DNA of 64,000 bases from Deinococcales bacterium. GTDB taxonomy: Bacteria > Deinococcota > Deinococci > Deinococcales > JAAFIG01. Shown one piece after another: positions 18,761-28,725 of this stretch; the stretch's first letter is position 1; each line of letters starts with the position of its first letter. The stretch lies in NCBI GenBank assembly GCA_043778225.1, contig JAYWGM010000095.1, positions 1-64,000 of the forward strand, written 5' to 3'. The translations under genes and the position numbers were made by a program. The notes under the pieces were generated by a model, which saw only the letters and a list, made by a program, of their open reading frames with translations, made no database searches and had not been told where the DNA came from.

Positions 18761-19060
18761 TTACGGCTGACCAAATAAATCATCTTTGGCATCAAAAAAC
18801 TCGAGCATTGGGGTACGTTTAAGGTTCATTTCTTGGGCAATTTGGCGTTGCAGCCAGCCCTTAGCGTGATTGAGGGCAGCCACCGCAGGTGCGGCTTCGC
18901 CCATGCAGGACACAAAGACTTTGGCTTGCACCAAATCGCTGCTGATACGAACCCGTTCGACCGAGACAATCATCGGTAAACGCGGGTCAGATAACTCGAG
19001 AATCGCACTGGATAAAACTCGAGCCACGGCAGATTCAACTTGGGCAACACGGTTACTCAT
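18761..19060 (-). CDS. rbfA: Ribosome-binding factor A
   Basis: DPRL...V..V..S.DL..AKVFVS...AL..AKG.L......LKRTP.L.F. Confidence 0.9.
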   Translation of the reverse strand: MSNRVAQVESAVARVLSSAILELSDPRLPMIVSVERVRISSDLVQAKVFVSCMGEAAPAVAALNHAKGWLQRQIAQEMNLKRTPMLEFFDAKDDLFGQP

Positions 19061-19119
19061 ACGTCACCTCGGGTAGCACGGTTACTCATACGTCACCTCG
19101 GGTAGCACGGTTACTCATA
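19048..19119. repeat. 29-bp tandem repeat (2.5 copies) between glmM and rbfA
   Basis: cacggttactcatacgtcacctcgggtag at 19048 and 19077, partial copy at 19106. Confidence 0.95.
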
Positions 19120-20431
19120 TGCCTCCAAGGCGACGAATAATGCTGGCAACGCTTTCAGCAAGTTCTGCCGTTTCGGTCTCCGATTGTGCTTCGACCATGA
19201 CCCGCAGTAAACTTTCTGTACCACTGGCACGGAGGTTAATCCGTCCTCGCCCTTCGAGCTTGGCTTCGGCAATGTGCAGCGCCGCTTGGACTTCTTGGTG
19301 ATTGGCAATCGATTTATCTTGCACCCGAACATTGACCAGAATTTGCGGGTACAACGGCATTTCCTCGCGCCATTGCTGCAAAGATTTGCCACTCGAGCGC
19401 ACCGCTTTTAGGGTCAGCAACGCCGAAAGCATTCCGTCGCCAGTCGGAGCAGCATCCAAAAACAGGGTGTGTCCGCTTTGTTCGCCACCCAGTGTTAAAC
19501 CTTTCTCGAGTAGGCGCTCATGAACATACCTATCCCCTACTCCAGTGCGCTCGAGATGAATGCCTTGTTCGCGCAATTTGACTTCTAAACCCATATTGCT
19601 CATCAGGGTTGCCACCACAGTCCGCTCGCCTCGAGTCACACCATTGATGTACAAGACATGATCGCCGTCTATCAGTGTGCCAGTGTTGTCCACCAATAAG
19701 CACCTATCGCCGTCGCCATCAAAAGCCACACCGAGGTCAAAGTTCATGTCGCGCACCACCTTTTGCAGCGTTTGCGGGTGGGTACTGCCGCAAAGGGTAT
19801 TGATGTTGCGACCATCTGGGTTGGTATAAAGCGCAAAAACATCTGCGCCTGAGCGTTGAAAAATTTTGGGCGCAAGTCGGTGGGTCGCGCCGTTGGCACA
19901 GTCCAAAGCAATTTTTAAGCCACTGAGATTAGGCGCGTGTTCCATTAAAAAACTCGAGTAAAGCCGCTCGGCTTCACGGTAATCGGTGACTGCGCCAATG
20001 TCTGCGCCAGTCACTTGGGGTAAATCTCGCTCGAGGTTGGCTTCGATTTCGAGTTCGAGGGCATCGGTTAATTTTTCGCCACTCGAGCCAAAAAACTTAA
20101 TGCCGTTGTCTTGGTATGGATTATGCGAAGCAGAAATCACCACCCCAGCCGTCGCCCCAAGTTGGCGCACCAAGTACGACACCCCCGGCGTGGGCATCAC
20201 CCCAAGATGAATCACGCTGACCCCTTGAGCAGTCAAACCTGCCGCCAAGGCTGCCTCGAGCATATCGCCCGATTGCCGTGTGTCCATACCAATCACAACC
20301 GTGGGCTTGCGCGATTGACCCTTAAAGACCTCGGCGGCTGCCTGCCCGAGTGCCAAAGTCCAAGCGGCGGTCAAAGGCACTTGCCCAGCCACTGCCCGCA
20401 CACCATCTGTTCCAAAGAATTTCCGACTCAT
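19115..20431 (-). CDS. glmM: Phosphoglucosamine mutase
   Basis: FGTDGVR, VISASHNP, FDGDGDR, GGEQSGH, RASGTE. Confidence 0.95.
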   Translation of the reverse strand: MSRKFFGTDGVRAVAGQVPLTAAWTLALGQAAAEVFKGQSRKPTVVIGMDTRQSGDMLEAALAAGLTAQGVSVIHLGVMPTPGVSYLVRQLGATAGVVISASHNPYQDNGIKFFGSSGEKLTDALELEIEANLERDLPQVTGADIGAVTDYREAERLYSSFLMEHAPNLSGLKIALDCANGATHRLAPKIFQRSGADVFALYTNPDGRNINTLCGSTHPQTLQKVVRDMNFDLGVAFDGDGDRCLLVDNTGTLIDGDHVLYINGVTRGERTVVATLMSNMGLEVKLREQGIHLERTGVGDRYVHERLLEKGLTLGGEQSGHTLFLDAAPTGDGMLSALLTLKAVRSSGKSLQQWREEMPLYPQILVNVRVQDKSIANHQEVQAALHIAEAKLEGRGRINLRASGTESLLRVMVEAQSETETAELAESVASIIRRLGGI

Positions 20432-20454
20432 GAAAAGGTATTCTAAACCCAGAG

Positions 20455-20928
20455 ATGAACGAAAACGAAATCAAGACCATGCTCGGCTTAGCATTTCTCG
20501 AGAATCACCCAAGGCTCGAGGTGCTGCAAAACCTTGCACGAATTGCCGCAAAACTCGAGGATACCCAAATGCAAGCGGTTATTTTGAACACTGCCGAGCG
20601 AATTTATCTGCCCAGTACCGCTAGACTAGCACCAAGCAGCCAAGACGAGATTTTTATGGCGCTGTACAACTTTTGTGAACATTGCCTCGAGGCAACTTTT
20701 TTAACCATGCAAGACCATGACTTTCGGGACGTACATCGTCAGATGGAGCAAATCATGGTGGTACAAGAAGAAGCATGGCGCAAAAACCGCCGCTCGAGTG
20801 CCAGCCCTGCTGCCAATACTGCCTTAGACTGGCTTGGTGAGTCCATCATTGGGCGCAGTCTCAGTGTGGCTGAACGGGCAGTGTTGCGCGGGTTATTTGT
20901 ACGTCGGCAGCTTTTGCGTGGCACTTAA
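20455..20928 (+). CDS. Hypothetical helical protein
   Basis: 157 aa ORF filling the gap, divergent from glmM. Confidence 0.6.
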   Translation: MNENEIKTMLGLAFLENHPRLEVLQNLARIAAKLEDTQMQAVILNTAERIYLPSTARLAPSSQDEIFMALYNFCEHCLEATFLTMQDHDFRDVHRQMEQIMVVQEEAWRKNRRSSASPAANTALDWLGESIIGRSLSVAERAVLRGLFVRRQLLRGT

Positions 20929-20954
20929 TCTAAAAGCTAGGCTATACTGACCCG

Positions 20955-22427
20955 ATGAAAAGAATCATGCTTTGTGTTGCCTTGGCGCTCCTTGCGGGTT
21001 GCTGGCGTTTTTCGACCGATGTCAGTTTTACGACCGACCCAAGGGTGCTGCGCGGCACATGGACTGGCGCAACCGAGTCCGCCTGTAGCGAAGCACTCTA
21101 CATTCCAATCAACGCCAGCATGAACTCGAGCGGCACACGATTTTTTGCCGTTTCCAATAAAATGCTCGAGGTTTTTGATGCCACCAATGGCACAAAACTG
21201 GGTGGTTTTAACCTCACATCAGCCACTTTGCCTGTGATTTGGTCGCCAGACGGCACAAAAATTATTTATTTACGCACCACCGCTAACTCGAGTGTCGAAC
21301 GGGCTGAGGTCAATCCAACAACTGGCGCAGATTTAGCCACAGCCACCCTAGCCACCGATTTTGCTGGCACAGACTTTAATTATAACAACGACCTGACTCG
21401 AGTGGCAGCTTTTGTGACTTCAAACTTTAGTGGTGTGTCTCGAGTTAATTTATACGATGTGGTCAGTGGTGTGTTGATCAAATCCAAAAGCCTGACCTCA
21501 GTTTATGCCTACACAATTGCACTCAATGCGGCTGGAACGCAAATGGCATACAGCGCCATTGACTCTGGAAAATCGCAAATTTGGACTCACGATTTTAACA
21601 CCGACCTCACCAAAAAAGTCTTTGAGCAAAGTGGCGAAATTTCTTTTGGAAAGCCAAGTTTTTTTGGCACAAATCAACTGGTTGTTCAGTTTGTGCAACA
21701 AACCACCAATCAGGGTCCACAACTTGGCATTAAACGCATTAACTTGACCGACCTCAGCAGTAAAGACATCCCTGTACCTTACGGTTTTGGCGCTCGGGTT
21801 TCGGCGGATGGCACACGCTTTGGCTATGTTGAAAATGATACGCTGTTTATTAAAAATCTCGAGACCAACACAATTGTGGCACAAAAGCCACTGACCAGCA
21901 TCAGTCAATACGGCAGCCCTTACGGAACAATTTTAAGCAGCAACAGCACTGGCTCAACTTGGTTGGTTTCTGGGACTCGAGTCAACTGTTCGTTACGGGC
22001 TTTTGACGCAGCAACCCAAGACTTGACCCCAAATGCAAAACTGGCTTCTGACGACAGCCAAACCGTGGTGATGAAATTCGTGCCAACCTACCGCGACTCG
22101 AGCAGCTACACCCTAACTGGCACAATTAAAGTTGGGACAAATGCCGAGCGCAATATTCGTGGTTCGGTCAGTGTGCCACAAGGATGTTCACTTTTTGACA
22201 GCAACAATTGTGAAAAATTAGTGCCTAGCACTTCGCCAATTCAGCTTCCATATCCACTCACCCAAGTGCATTATGTCAATCTACAATACGAAAACGGTGA
22301 TGTTTTTGAATATCAAGTGGTTGCCGTCGGGTATCGTTATGACCAGAAAAGAGTACAATTTTTCGCTGGGAATTATGCGAATGGTCAAAATAAAAAATTT
22401 CTGCTCGACCCGCCAGCCGCACCATAA
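20955..22427 (+). CDS. Lipoprotein with TolB/WD40-like beta-propeller, paralogue 1 of 4
   Basis: Lipobox LAGC, DPRVLRGTWTG, WSPDG-type blades. Confidence 0.8.
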   Translation: MKRIMLCVALALLAGCWRFSTDVSFTTDPRVLRGTWTGATESACSEALYIPINASMNSSGTRFFAVSNKMLEVFDATNGTKLGGFNLTSATLPVIWSPDGTKIIYLRTTANSSVERAEVNPTTGADLATATLATDFAGTDFNYNNDLTRVAAFVTSNFSGVSRVNLYDVVSGVLIKSKSLTSVYAYTIALNAAGTQMAYSAIDSGKSQIWTHDFNTDLTKKVFEQSGEISFGKPSFFGTNQLVVQFVQQTTNQGPQLGIKRINLTDLSSKDIPVPYGFGARVSADGTRFGYVENDTLFIKNLETNTIVAQKPLTSISQYGSPYGTILSSNSTGSTWLVSGTRVNCSLRAFDAATQDLTPNAKLASDDSQTVVMKFVPTYRDSSSYTLTGTIKVGTNAERNIRGSVSVPQGCSLFDSNNCEKLVPSTSPIQLPYPLTQVHYVNLQYENGDVFEYQVVAVGYRYDQKRVQFFAGNYANGQNKKFLLDPPAAP

Positions 22428-22479
22428 GACAAAAGTTAAACGATATAACCCTGTCTGAAATCTGAGCTATACTGACTGC

Positions 22480-23937
22480 ATGAAAAGAATTATGCTTTGT
22501 GTTGCCTTGGTATTCCTTGCGGGTTGCTGGCGTTTTTCGACCGATGTCAGTTTTACCACCGACTCTCGAGTGTTGCGCGGTACATGGACTGGAACACTTG
22601 AAAAGCAGTGTGAAAATGTTACTTCCTTTGCTACATTTAGCCCAGATGGAACGCGATTTTTTACAACTAACGCAAAGGATTTGGAAATTTTTGCTACAGC
22701 AGATGGCACAAAACAAGGCAGTTTTACAGTCCAGAACAGAACTTCTCCAATTATCTGGTCTGCCGATAACTCGGGACTGGTTTATATACGAACCAGCACA
22801 AACCTAGGTCTAGAAAGAGTGACTGTCAATCCAATCACAGGCGCAGATGTCACCGTTAGCCCACTAACAGGAGAGTTTTCGGGAAGTCTTTACGCTTATA
22901 GTCAAGATTTAACTCGAGTTGCCTTGGTCAATAGTTCTAGCATCAATGGAGTTACAAGAATCAATCAATACGATCTACTAACAGGCAACTTACTTAAATC
23001 TGTAGCGCTGCCAAACATCACCCCAACATACTTAACGCTCAGCCAAGATGGAACAAAAGTTGCTTACGGAGCTAGTTTAGCCTCCAAAACACAAGTTTTT
23101 GTTCTTGATTTTGCTACGGAAATAATCATCAAAGTATTTGAAGAATCCGTCAGTAGTCTAACTCTACGTTTTTTCGGTACAAATCAACTTCGTTTGACCT
23201 ACACACAATATGGAAACGCTGTAACTCCAACCATCATCAAACGAATTAACCTAACTACATTAGCTACTCAAGACACCTCGATACCGCTCTATGGCGGTTA
23301 TCAAATTCGAGAATCAAGCGATGGAACTCGAATTGGTTATTTTATAGGAAAAACTTTGATCGTAAAAAATCTTGAAACTGGCGCAATCGTTTCCCAAATA
23401 GAACTTGAAACCACTTCAAATTACTCTCCTATTGTGCTTAGTTCAAATGATAGTGGCACAATCTGGCTAGTATCAGGCACAAGGGTTGGTTGTACCCTAC
23501 GCATTTTCGATGCGACCCAACAAGTTTTTACAACCAACGACATTTCTCTAACCGACGATGATTTTCAGACCGCAGTATTTACTTTTGTTCCGACCTTTCA
23601 AAGTTCAAAACGGTATACCCTTACAGGAACAGTTAAAATGGGTTCTGGACCTGAGCGTAAAATTGTCGGGGCAGTCACTGTTCCCGAGTATTGCTCTTTG
23701 TTCGCTGGTGACTGTGAACAACTAGTCAAAACAGCTCCTCCACCTTACTACACCAGCATATACGACGGGGTTCACAACGTCCAATTTGAATATGAAAATG
23801 GTGTCACTTTTGGTTTTTATGACTTGCTAGTAGGTAAACGCAAAGATACCAAAAAAGTACAATTATTCGGTGAGCGCAGGAATAACACTGACGGTAAGCG
23901 TTACAGCTTACAAATCAATCCGGTGGTTGCACCATGA
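22480..23937 (+). CDS. Beta-propeller lipoprotein, paralogue 2 of 4
   Basis: Near-identical N-terminus to paralogue 1; FSPDG/LSQDG blades. Confidence 0.8.
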   Translation: MKRIMLCVALVFLAGCWRFSTDVSFTTDSRVLRGTWTGTLEKQCENVTSFATFSPDGTRFFTTNAKDLEIFATADGTKQGSFTVQNRTSPIIWSADNSGLVYIRTSTNLGLERVTVNPITGADVTVSPLTGEFSGSLYAYSQDLTRVALVNSSSINGVTRINQYDLLTGNLLKSVALPNITPTYLTLSQDGTKVAYGASLASKTQVFVLDFATEIIIKVFEESVSSLTLRFFGTNQLRLTYTQYGNAVTPTIIKRINLTTLATQDTSIPLYGGYQIRESSDGTRIGYFIGKTLIVKNLETGAIVSQIELETTSNYSPIVLSSNDSGTIWLVSGTRVGCTLRIFDATQQVFTTNDISLTDDDFQTAVFTFVPTFQSSKRYTLTGTVKMGSGPERKIVGAVTVPEYCSLFAGDCEQLVKTAPPPYYTSIYDGVHNVQFEYENGVTFGFYDLLVGKRKDTKKVQLFGERRNNTDGKRYSLQINPVVAP

Positions 23938-25388
23938 AACGCCACTTTCAATATCTCATTCTGCTGTTGTTACTGGCTGGCTGTTGGCGCACACCTACTG
24001 ATGTAAATTTCGAGTCTGACCCTCGAGTGCTGCGCGGCAACTGGACAGGAACGCTCGAGAAACAGTGCAGTCAGTACATTCCTCAAGGTGTTTTTAGTCC
24101 TGATGAGACTAAATGGTTTTTGCTCGAGAATCAAGTCTTCAAATTGTTTGACAGCAACAGTGGTGTAATGCTGGCGACTTATACGATGAAAAACCTCGCC
24201 TCTCCTATAGTTTGGACAGCCGACAGTAGCGGCTTGATATATTTACGAAAACCACAATCTCAATTTCAACGAGTAACCATCAACCCGCTGACAGGACTTG
24301 AAACAGCATCTATTCCCCTCAATTCAGAATTGACCAATGTTTACGGCACATTCAATCGAGACTTGACCAAGGTTGCTATTTTTTCAATCTCAAGTATCAC
24401 TGGAATCCCTCGCATTTTTCTTTACGACTTACTAACAGGCGATTTAATTAAATCTGTGGTCGTACCAAACTTAACTTCCTCTTACCTCAATGCAATTCTT
24501 AGCCCAGATGGCAATCAATTTATTTACTCTGTTTCCATCTCTAACAGCGGACCACTTTCGCAGGTTTGGCAAGTGAATTTAGTGACAGAAACCATCACCA
24601 AAGTAGCTCAGGGTGTTTACTCATATCCAAGACTACAATTAGCTGGCTTAAATCTGTTGAATATCAGTTATACAGAGTATGTCCATCCCATCAATTACAC
24701 AATTGTCGAACGTATTGACTTAACTACGCTTCAAAATAATAAAATAACTGTCGGCAAAAGTATTTACTCAAGTATTTTTTCAAATGATGGAAATCAAATG
24801 GGATACATTGAAGACAGCATATTTTATATCAAAAACCTCAACGACCAAGCCATCGTTGGTCAAGTTGCTCTGGGTTCGGTAAACCCCTTAGCCAGTGGCA
24901 GTTTATACGGTGCTTCAAATAATTCATGGTTGTTATCTGGTGCAAATAGTGGTTGCACTTTACGGGTCTTTGAAACAATCCAACAAAAGTTCTTAACCAC
25001 GGCTGCCCTCGAGCCAGCTAATTCTCAATCAGTCTCATTTTCGTTTATACCTACCTATCGTGACTCGGGTAGTTATACTTTAACTGCAACTATGCAAATC
25101 GGAACAACCGCAGCACGCAGTATTTCTGGTGTTGTCAGCGTTCCAAATTCGTGTACTCTTTTTGGCGGAGATTGCGAACGATTACTTAAATTTACACCCG
25201 TTCCTAACTATAGCTACATTTATGATGGTATTCACAGTGTACAACTTGAGGAAAATGGCACACGATTGGAATTCGAGACCATGTTGGTTGGAAAACAAAA
25301 AAATTCTCAGAAGGCTCAGTTTTTTGGAGTTAAGTATCTTGATGGTCAATCGTATGTTCTAACCGCCAATCCATCGGTGACTCCTTAG
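23934..25388 (+). CDS. Beta-propeller lipoprotein, paralogue 3 of 4
   Basis: Lipobox LAGC, DPRVLRGNWTG; ATGA overlap with paralogue 2. Confidence 0.8.
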   Translation: MKRHFQYLILLLLLAGCWRTPTDVNFESDPRVLRGNWTGTLEKQCSQYIPQGVFSPDETKWFLLENQVFKLFDSNSGVMLATYTMKNLASPIVWTADSSGLIYLRKPQSQFQRVTINPLTGLETASIPLNSELTNVYGTFNRDLTKVAIFSISSITGIPRIFLYDLLTGDLIKSVVVPNLTSSYLNAILSPDGNQFIYSVSISNSGPLSQVWQVNLVTETITKVAQGVYSYPRLQLAGLNLLNISYTEYVHPINYTIVERIDLTTLQNNKITVGKSIYSSIFSNDGNQMGYIEDSIFYIKNLNDQAIVGQVALGSVNPLASGSLYGASNNSWLLSGANSGCTLRVFETIQQKFLTTAALEPANSQSVSFSFIPTYRDSGSYTLTATMQIGTTAARSISGVVSVPNSCTLFGGDCERLLKFTPVPNYSYIYDGIHSVQLEENGTRLEFETMLVGKQKNSQKAQFFGVKYLDGQSYVLTANPSVTP

Positions 25389-25447
25389 ATTGAAATTGGT
25401 TTGTCCGTAACCAGCCAGATGCACATATCTACGCTATACTCCAAGCC

Positions 25448-26941
25448 ATGCGAAGATTCTTTAGCTTTTTTACAGTGCTATTTTTACTGGCAAGCTGTGA
25501 ACGCACACCAAGCAATGTTTCATTTGCCACAGACCCTCGAATCCTGCGTGGCACTTGGACTGGCACACTTGAAAAAGTTTGTCAGGGCAGATTTTACAAT
25601 AGTCAATTTAATCCAATGGCAACTCGAGCCTTGGTACAACAAGGAAATGCCTTTAGTTCAACAATCACCCACACTTTATTTGACACCACCAATGGTACAA
25701 AATTAGGTTCATACAATTTAGAAAATTTAGTTTCACCAATAATCTGGAAGGCTGATGGCTCGAGACTGGTTTTTCTTAGGAAGTCAAATAATACACTTTT
25801 GCGTGTCGAAGCTAATCCTGTTACTGGAGCAGATGAACTCAGCACTCCACAAGCTAATCTTGACCTCAGTACATTTGCTTCCTACGAATACAATTCCGAT
25901 TTAACTCGAGTGATCAAAAACACTGGCGACTCAAGTGGTCTAACATTACGAATACTCGATGTGGCGACTGGAGAAGTATTAAGAACTCTGTCTGGCGTGA
26001 GCTACGGTACATATCAACTCAGTGCTGACGGCACAAAAATTGCCTATATGAAATTCTTAAATCAGAAATACGAAGTCTGGGTGACTGATGTCAGCACAGG
26101 AGACCATCAAAAGTTACTGCAACTCGAGGATTTTAATGTCAGCCGATTTTCTTTTCAGGCAAACACTTCGTTAAACCTTTTTGGCAACACAAACACCGCT
26201 ACTATAAAACAAATCAACCTGAAAACCCTAGAACTGACCAATTTATTGCTCGAGACAGCAACACAGGCAAATTGGGGGTTATTTTCCACCGATGGAAAGC
26301 GGATTGTCTATCAACTTAGTGACCAAGATGGGTTCAAAGTCAAGAATTTGGATACAGGAGCGCTGGTCTTTGAAAAGCCTTTCGCCAGCAAGCAACTCAT
26401 TGGGACTTCAAGATACCCTAATCGAGGAGAAGTGATTGCAATTTCTGCCGATGGAAAACAAGTGATAGCAACTCCAGAAAAAAATTGGCAGTGTGTCGCT
26501 CGAGTCTTGAGTGCAGATCAACAACAAGATTTAGTGGTTGAAGTACCCGAATCACAAAATATCAGCTTGGAATTCAAACCCACATTCCTCGATTCGCAAA
26601 GTTACAGTGTTTCTGGAACAGCTAAAATTGGTCAGTCAGAGGCAAAATCTATCCGTGGAAATGTACAAATTCCAAATTCTTGCTCGAGATTTGCGTATTC
26701 AATTTACGGATGCGAAAAATTGATGACAGCCTTACCGCCACCACCCCCTTGGTCTTTGGATTTTCAGGATGTTCATTTTGTGGAACTGAATTACAGCGAT
26801 GGCAGCGCTTTTCCAACCAAGAATGATCACATTGGAATTAACAAAAACACCCAAACTCCCCATATCTTTACCCGAACATTTTCCTTTGACCTTTCCTCTG
26901 AAAAAATTTCTTACTATCTCGATGTGCGTCCAACACCATAA
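25448..26941 (+). CDS. Beta-propeller lipoprotein, paralogue 4 of 4
   Basis: Lipobox LASC, DPRILRGTWTG; own TATACT -10. Confidence 0.8.
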   Translation: MRRFFSFFTVLFLLASCERTPSNVSFATDPRILRGTWTGTLEKVCQGRFYNSQFNPMATRALVQQGNAFSSTITHTLFDTTNGTKLGSYNLENLVSPIIWKADGSRLVFLRKSNNTLLRVEANPVTGADELSTPQANLDLSTFASYEYNSDLTRVIKNTGDSSGLTLRILDVATGEVLRTLSGVSYGTYQLSADGTKIAYMKFLNQKYEVWVTDVSTGDHQKLLQLEDFNVSRFSFQANTSLNLFGNTNTATIKQINLKTLELTNLLLETATQANWGLFSTDGKRIVYQLSDQDGFKVKNLDTGALVFEKPFASKQLIGTSRYPNRGEVIAISADGKQVIATPEKNWQCVARVLSADQQQDLVVEVPESQNISLEFKPTFLDSQSYSVSGTAKIGQSEAKSIRGNVQIPNSCSRFAYSIYGCEKLMTALPPPPPWSLDFQDVHFVELNYSDGSAFPTKNDHIGINKNTQTPHIFTRTFSFDLSSEKISYYLDVRPTP

Positions 26942-26957
26942 GCCTTATACTAACGCC

Positions 26958-27887
26958 ATGATTCACACCATCACCTTAAACCCGACGCTTGACCTGACCT
27001 ACATGGTGGATGCCTTCCACGAAGAAGACACCATCCGCGCTCATACCGTTTACCGCGCCCCCGGCGGCAAAGGCATTAACGTCTCGAGAATGGCAACCCG
27101 AATACATCATCCGAGTGTGGCATTGGGCTTTATTGCTGGCGGCACTGGACTCGAGGTGGCACGGCTGCTCGAGGACGAAGGGGTCAATACTTGGTTTACG
27201 CCGCTCGAAGCTGGCGAAACCCGCACCAACCCGATTATTCAAGCCACCGACGGGCGGCATTTGCGGATTTCGGGTTTGGGTCCGGTTGCCGATGCTCGAG
27301 CTTTACAAAGCCTGCGCGATGGTGTCTTTGCACTGCGCCCGCCAGACTGGCTCTTGGTCAGCGGCTCGAGACTGAAAGGCGTACCCGAAGATTTTTACAC
27401 TGGCATCATCGAAGAAGCCAACCGAACTGGAATTCAAACCGTAGTAGATGCTGACGGCGCAGAACTCGAGCAGGGCATTCGGGCTGGGGCAAAGCTGATT
27501 AAACCCAATCGCCATGAACTCGAGCGGCTGCTGAAGCGTCAATTGCCAAGCCTAGAAGATGTATTAAGGGCTGCTCGAGAAGTGCTGGAGATGGGTGGTG
27601 TCAGCATTATTGCAGCTTCGATGGGTGGCGATGGGGCGCTGCTGGTCAGTGAGGATTATGCTTACCTTGCTAAGCCCCCAAAAATTCAAGTTGGTAGTGC
27701 AGTTGGGGCTGGCGATAGTTTCTTGGCAGGCTTGTTATCTAAACTTGCCGAAGGTCTCGAGCCAGCCGCCGCCTTGCGTTTTGCAATTGCTTGTGGCAGC
27801 GCAACTGCCTGTGTTCCCGGTTCTCAACTTGGCAACCTCGAGTTGATTCAAAGTCTCGAGCCACAAGTCCAAGTAGAAACCTTATGA
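26958..27887 (+). CDS. 1-phosphofructokinase family (PfkB) hexose kinase
   Basis: MIHTITLNP.LD, GGKGINV, KPN..EL, VGAGDS; start moved to 26958. Confidence 0.9.
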   Translation: MIHTITLNPTLDLTYMVDAFHEEDTIRAHTVYRAPGGKGINVSRMATRIHHPSVALGFIAGGTGLEVARLLEDEGVNTWFTPLEAGETRTNPIIQATDGRHLRISGLGPVADARALQSLRDGVFALRPPDWLLVSGSRLKGVPEDFYTGIIEEANRTGIQTVVDADGAELEQGIRAGAKLIKPNRHELERLLKRQLPSLEDVLRAAREVLEMGGVSIIAASMGGDGALLVSEDYAYLAKPPKIQVGSAVGAGDSFLAGLLSKLAEGLEPAAALRFAIACGSATACVPGSQLGNLELIQSLEPQVQVETL

Positions 27888-28720
27888 GTCTGCCATTGTA
27901 CTCGCCGGCTCGAGTGGCAGCTTTACTCGAGCAGTACAGCCTACGCGCCACCAAAAGCCTTGGGCAAAACTTTTTAATCGATGGCAATGCACTGCGCTAT
28001 ATGGTCGAGGTCAGTGGCGCAAATGCCGACAGCCATGTTCTCGAGGTCGGTCCGGGCTTGGGGGTTTTAACCCATGCCCTTGCAAAGACGGGCGCAAATG
28101 TCATTGCACTCGAGAAGGACGCTCGACTCGAGGCGGTGCTGACCGAAACCTTAGCCGATGTCCCCAATGCAAAAGTTATTTTTAGCGATGCGCTGGTGTG
28201 GGATTACAGCCAATTGCCAGAAAATTCGCTGCTCTGCGCTAATTTACCCTATTATATTTCAACGGCTTTAATTACCAAGTTTCTCGAGTCCAAAAAGTTC
28301 TCTAAGCTGACTTTTTTGGTACAGCGCGAAGTTGCCGAACGGCTCGAGTCTGCCCCCGGAGAGGATGATTACGGCTTTTTAAGTGCTGTGGTCAGTTTGT
28401 ACGGACACGCTAAGCGCTTACGCGATGTCAGCAAAAACAGTTTTTATCCAGTCCCAGATGTGACCTCGAGCATCGCCCAGATTACGATTCGGGCTGGTGC
28501 TGAACCGCCTAAGGGAATGATTAAAGTGCTTGAGGCAGCCTTGCACCACCGTCGCAAAACGATTCGCAACAATTTACGACTGGCAAATTACCCAGACGAT
28601 CAAATCGAGGCTGCGCTGCGCTATGCCAACCTCGAGCCACGCACCCGTGGCGAGGACATCCCGCTTGAGCAATTGGCATTGGTGACAGAAGTGCTGGAGG
28701 GTCAAAAGGTTAAAAGTTAA
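27884..28720 (+). CDS. rsmA: 16S rRNA m6,2A dimethyltransferase
   Basis: KSLGQNFL, LEVGPGLG.LT, ANLPYYIST, QREVAERL; ATGA overlap with the pfkB-family gene. Confidence 0.95.
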   Translation: MSLPLYSPARVAALLEQYSLRATKSLGQNFLIDGNALRYMVEVSGANADSHVLEVGPGLGVLTHALAKTGANVIALEKDARLEAVLTETLADVPNAKVIFSDALVWDYSQLPENSLLCANLPYYISTALITKFLESKKFSKLTFLVQREVAERLESAPGEDDYGFLSAVVSLYGHAKRLRDVSKNSFYPVPDVTSSIAQITIRAGAEPPKGMIKVLEAALHHRRKTIRNNLRLANYPDDQIEAALRYANLEPRTRGEDIPLEQLALVTEVLEGQKVKS

Positions 28721-28725
28721 AAAGG

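Noticed and set aside
19048..19119. CRISPR array (29-bp repeats)
   Set aside because: Repeats are contiguous with no spacers, and there are no cas genes in the window
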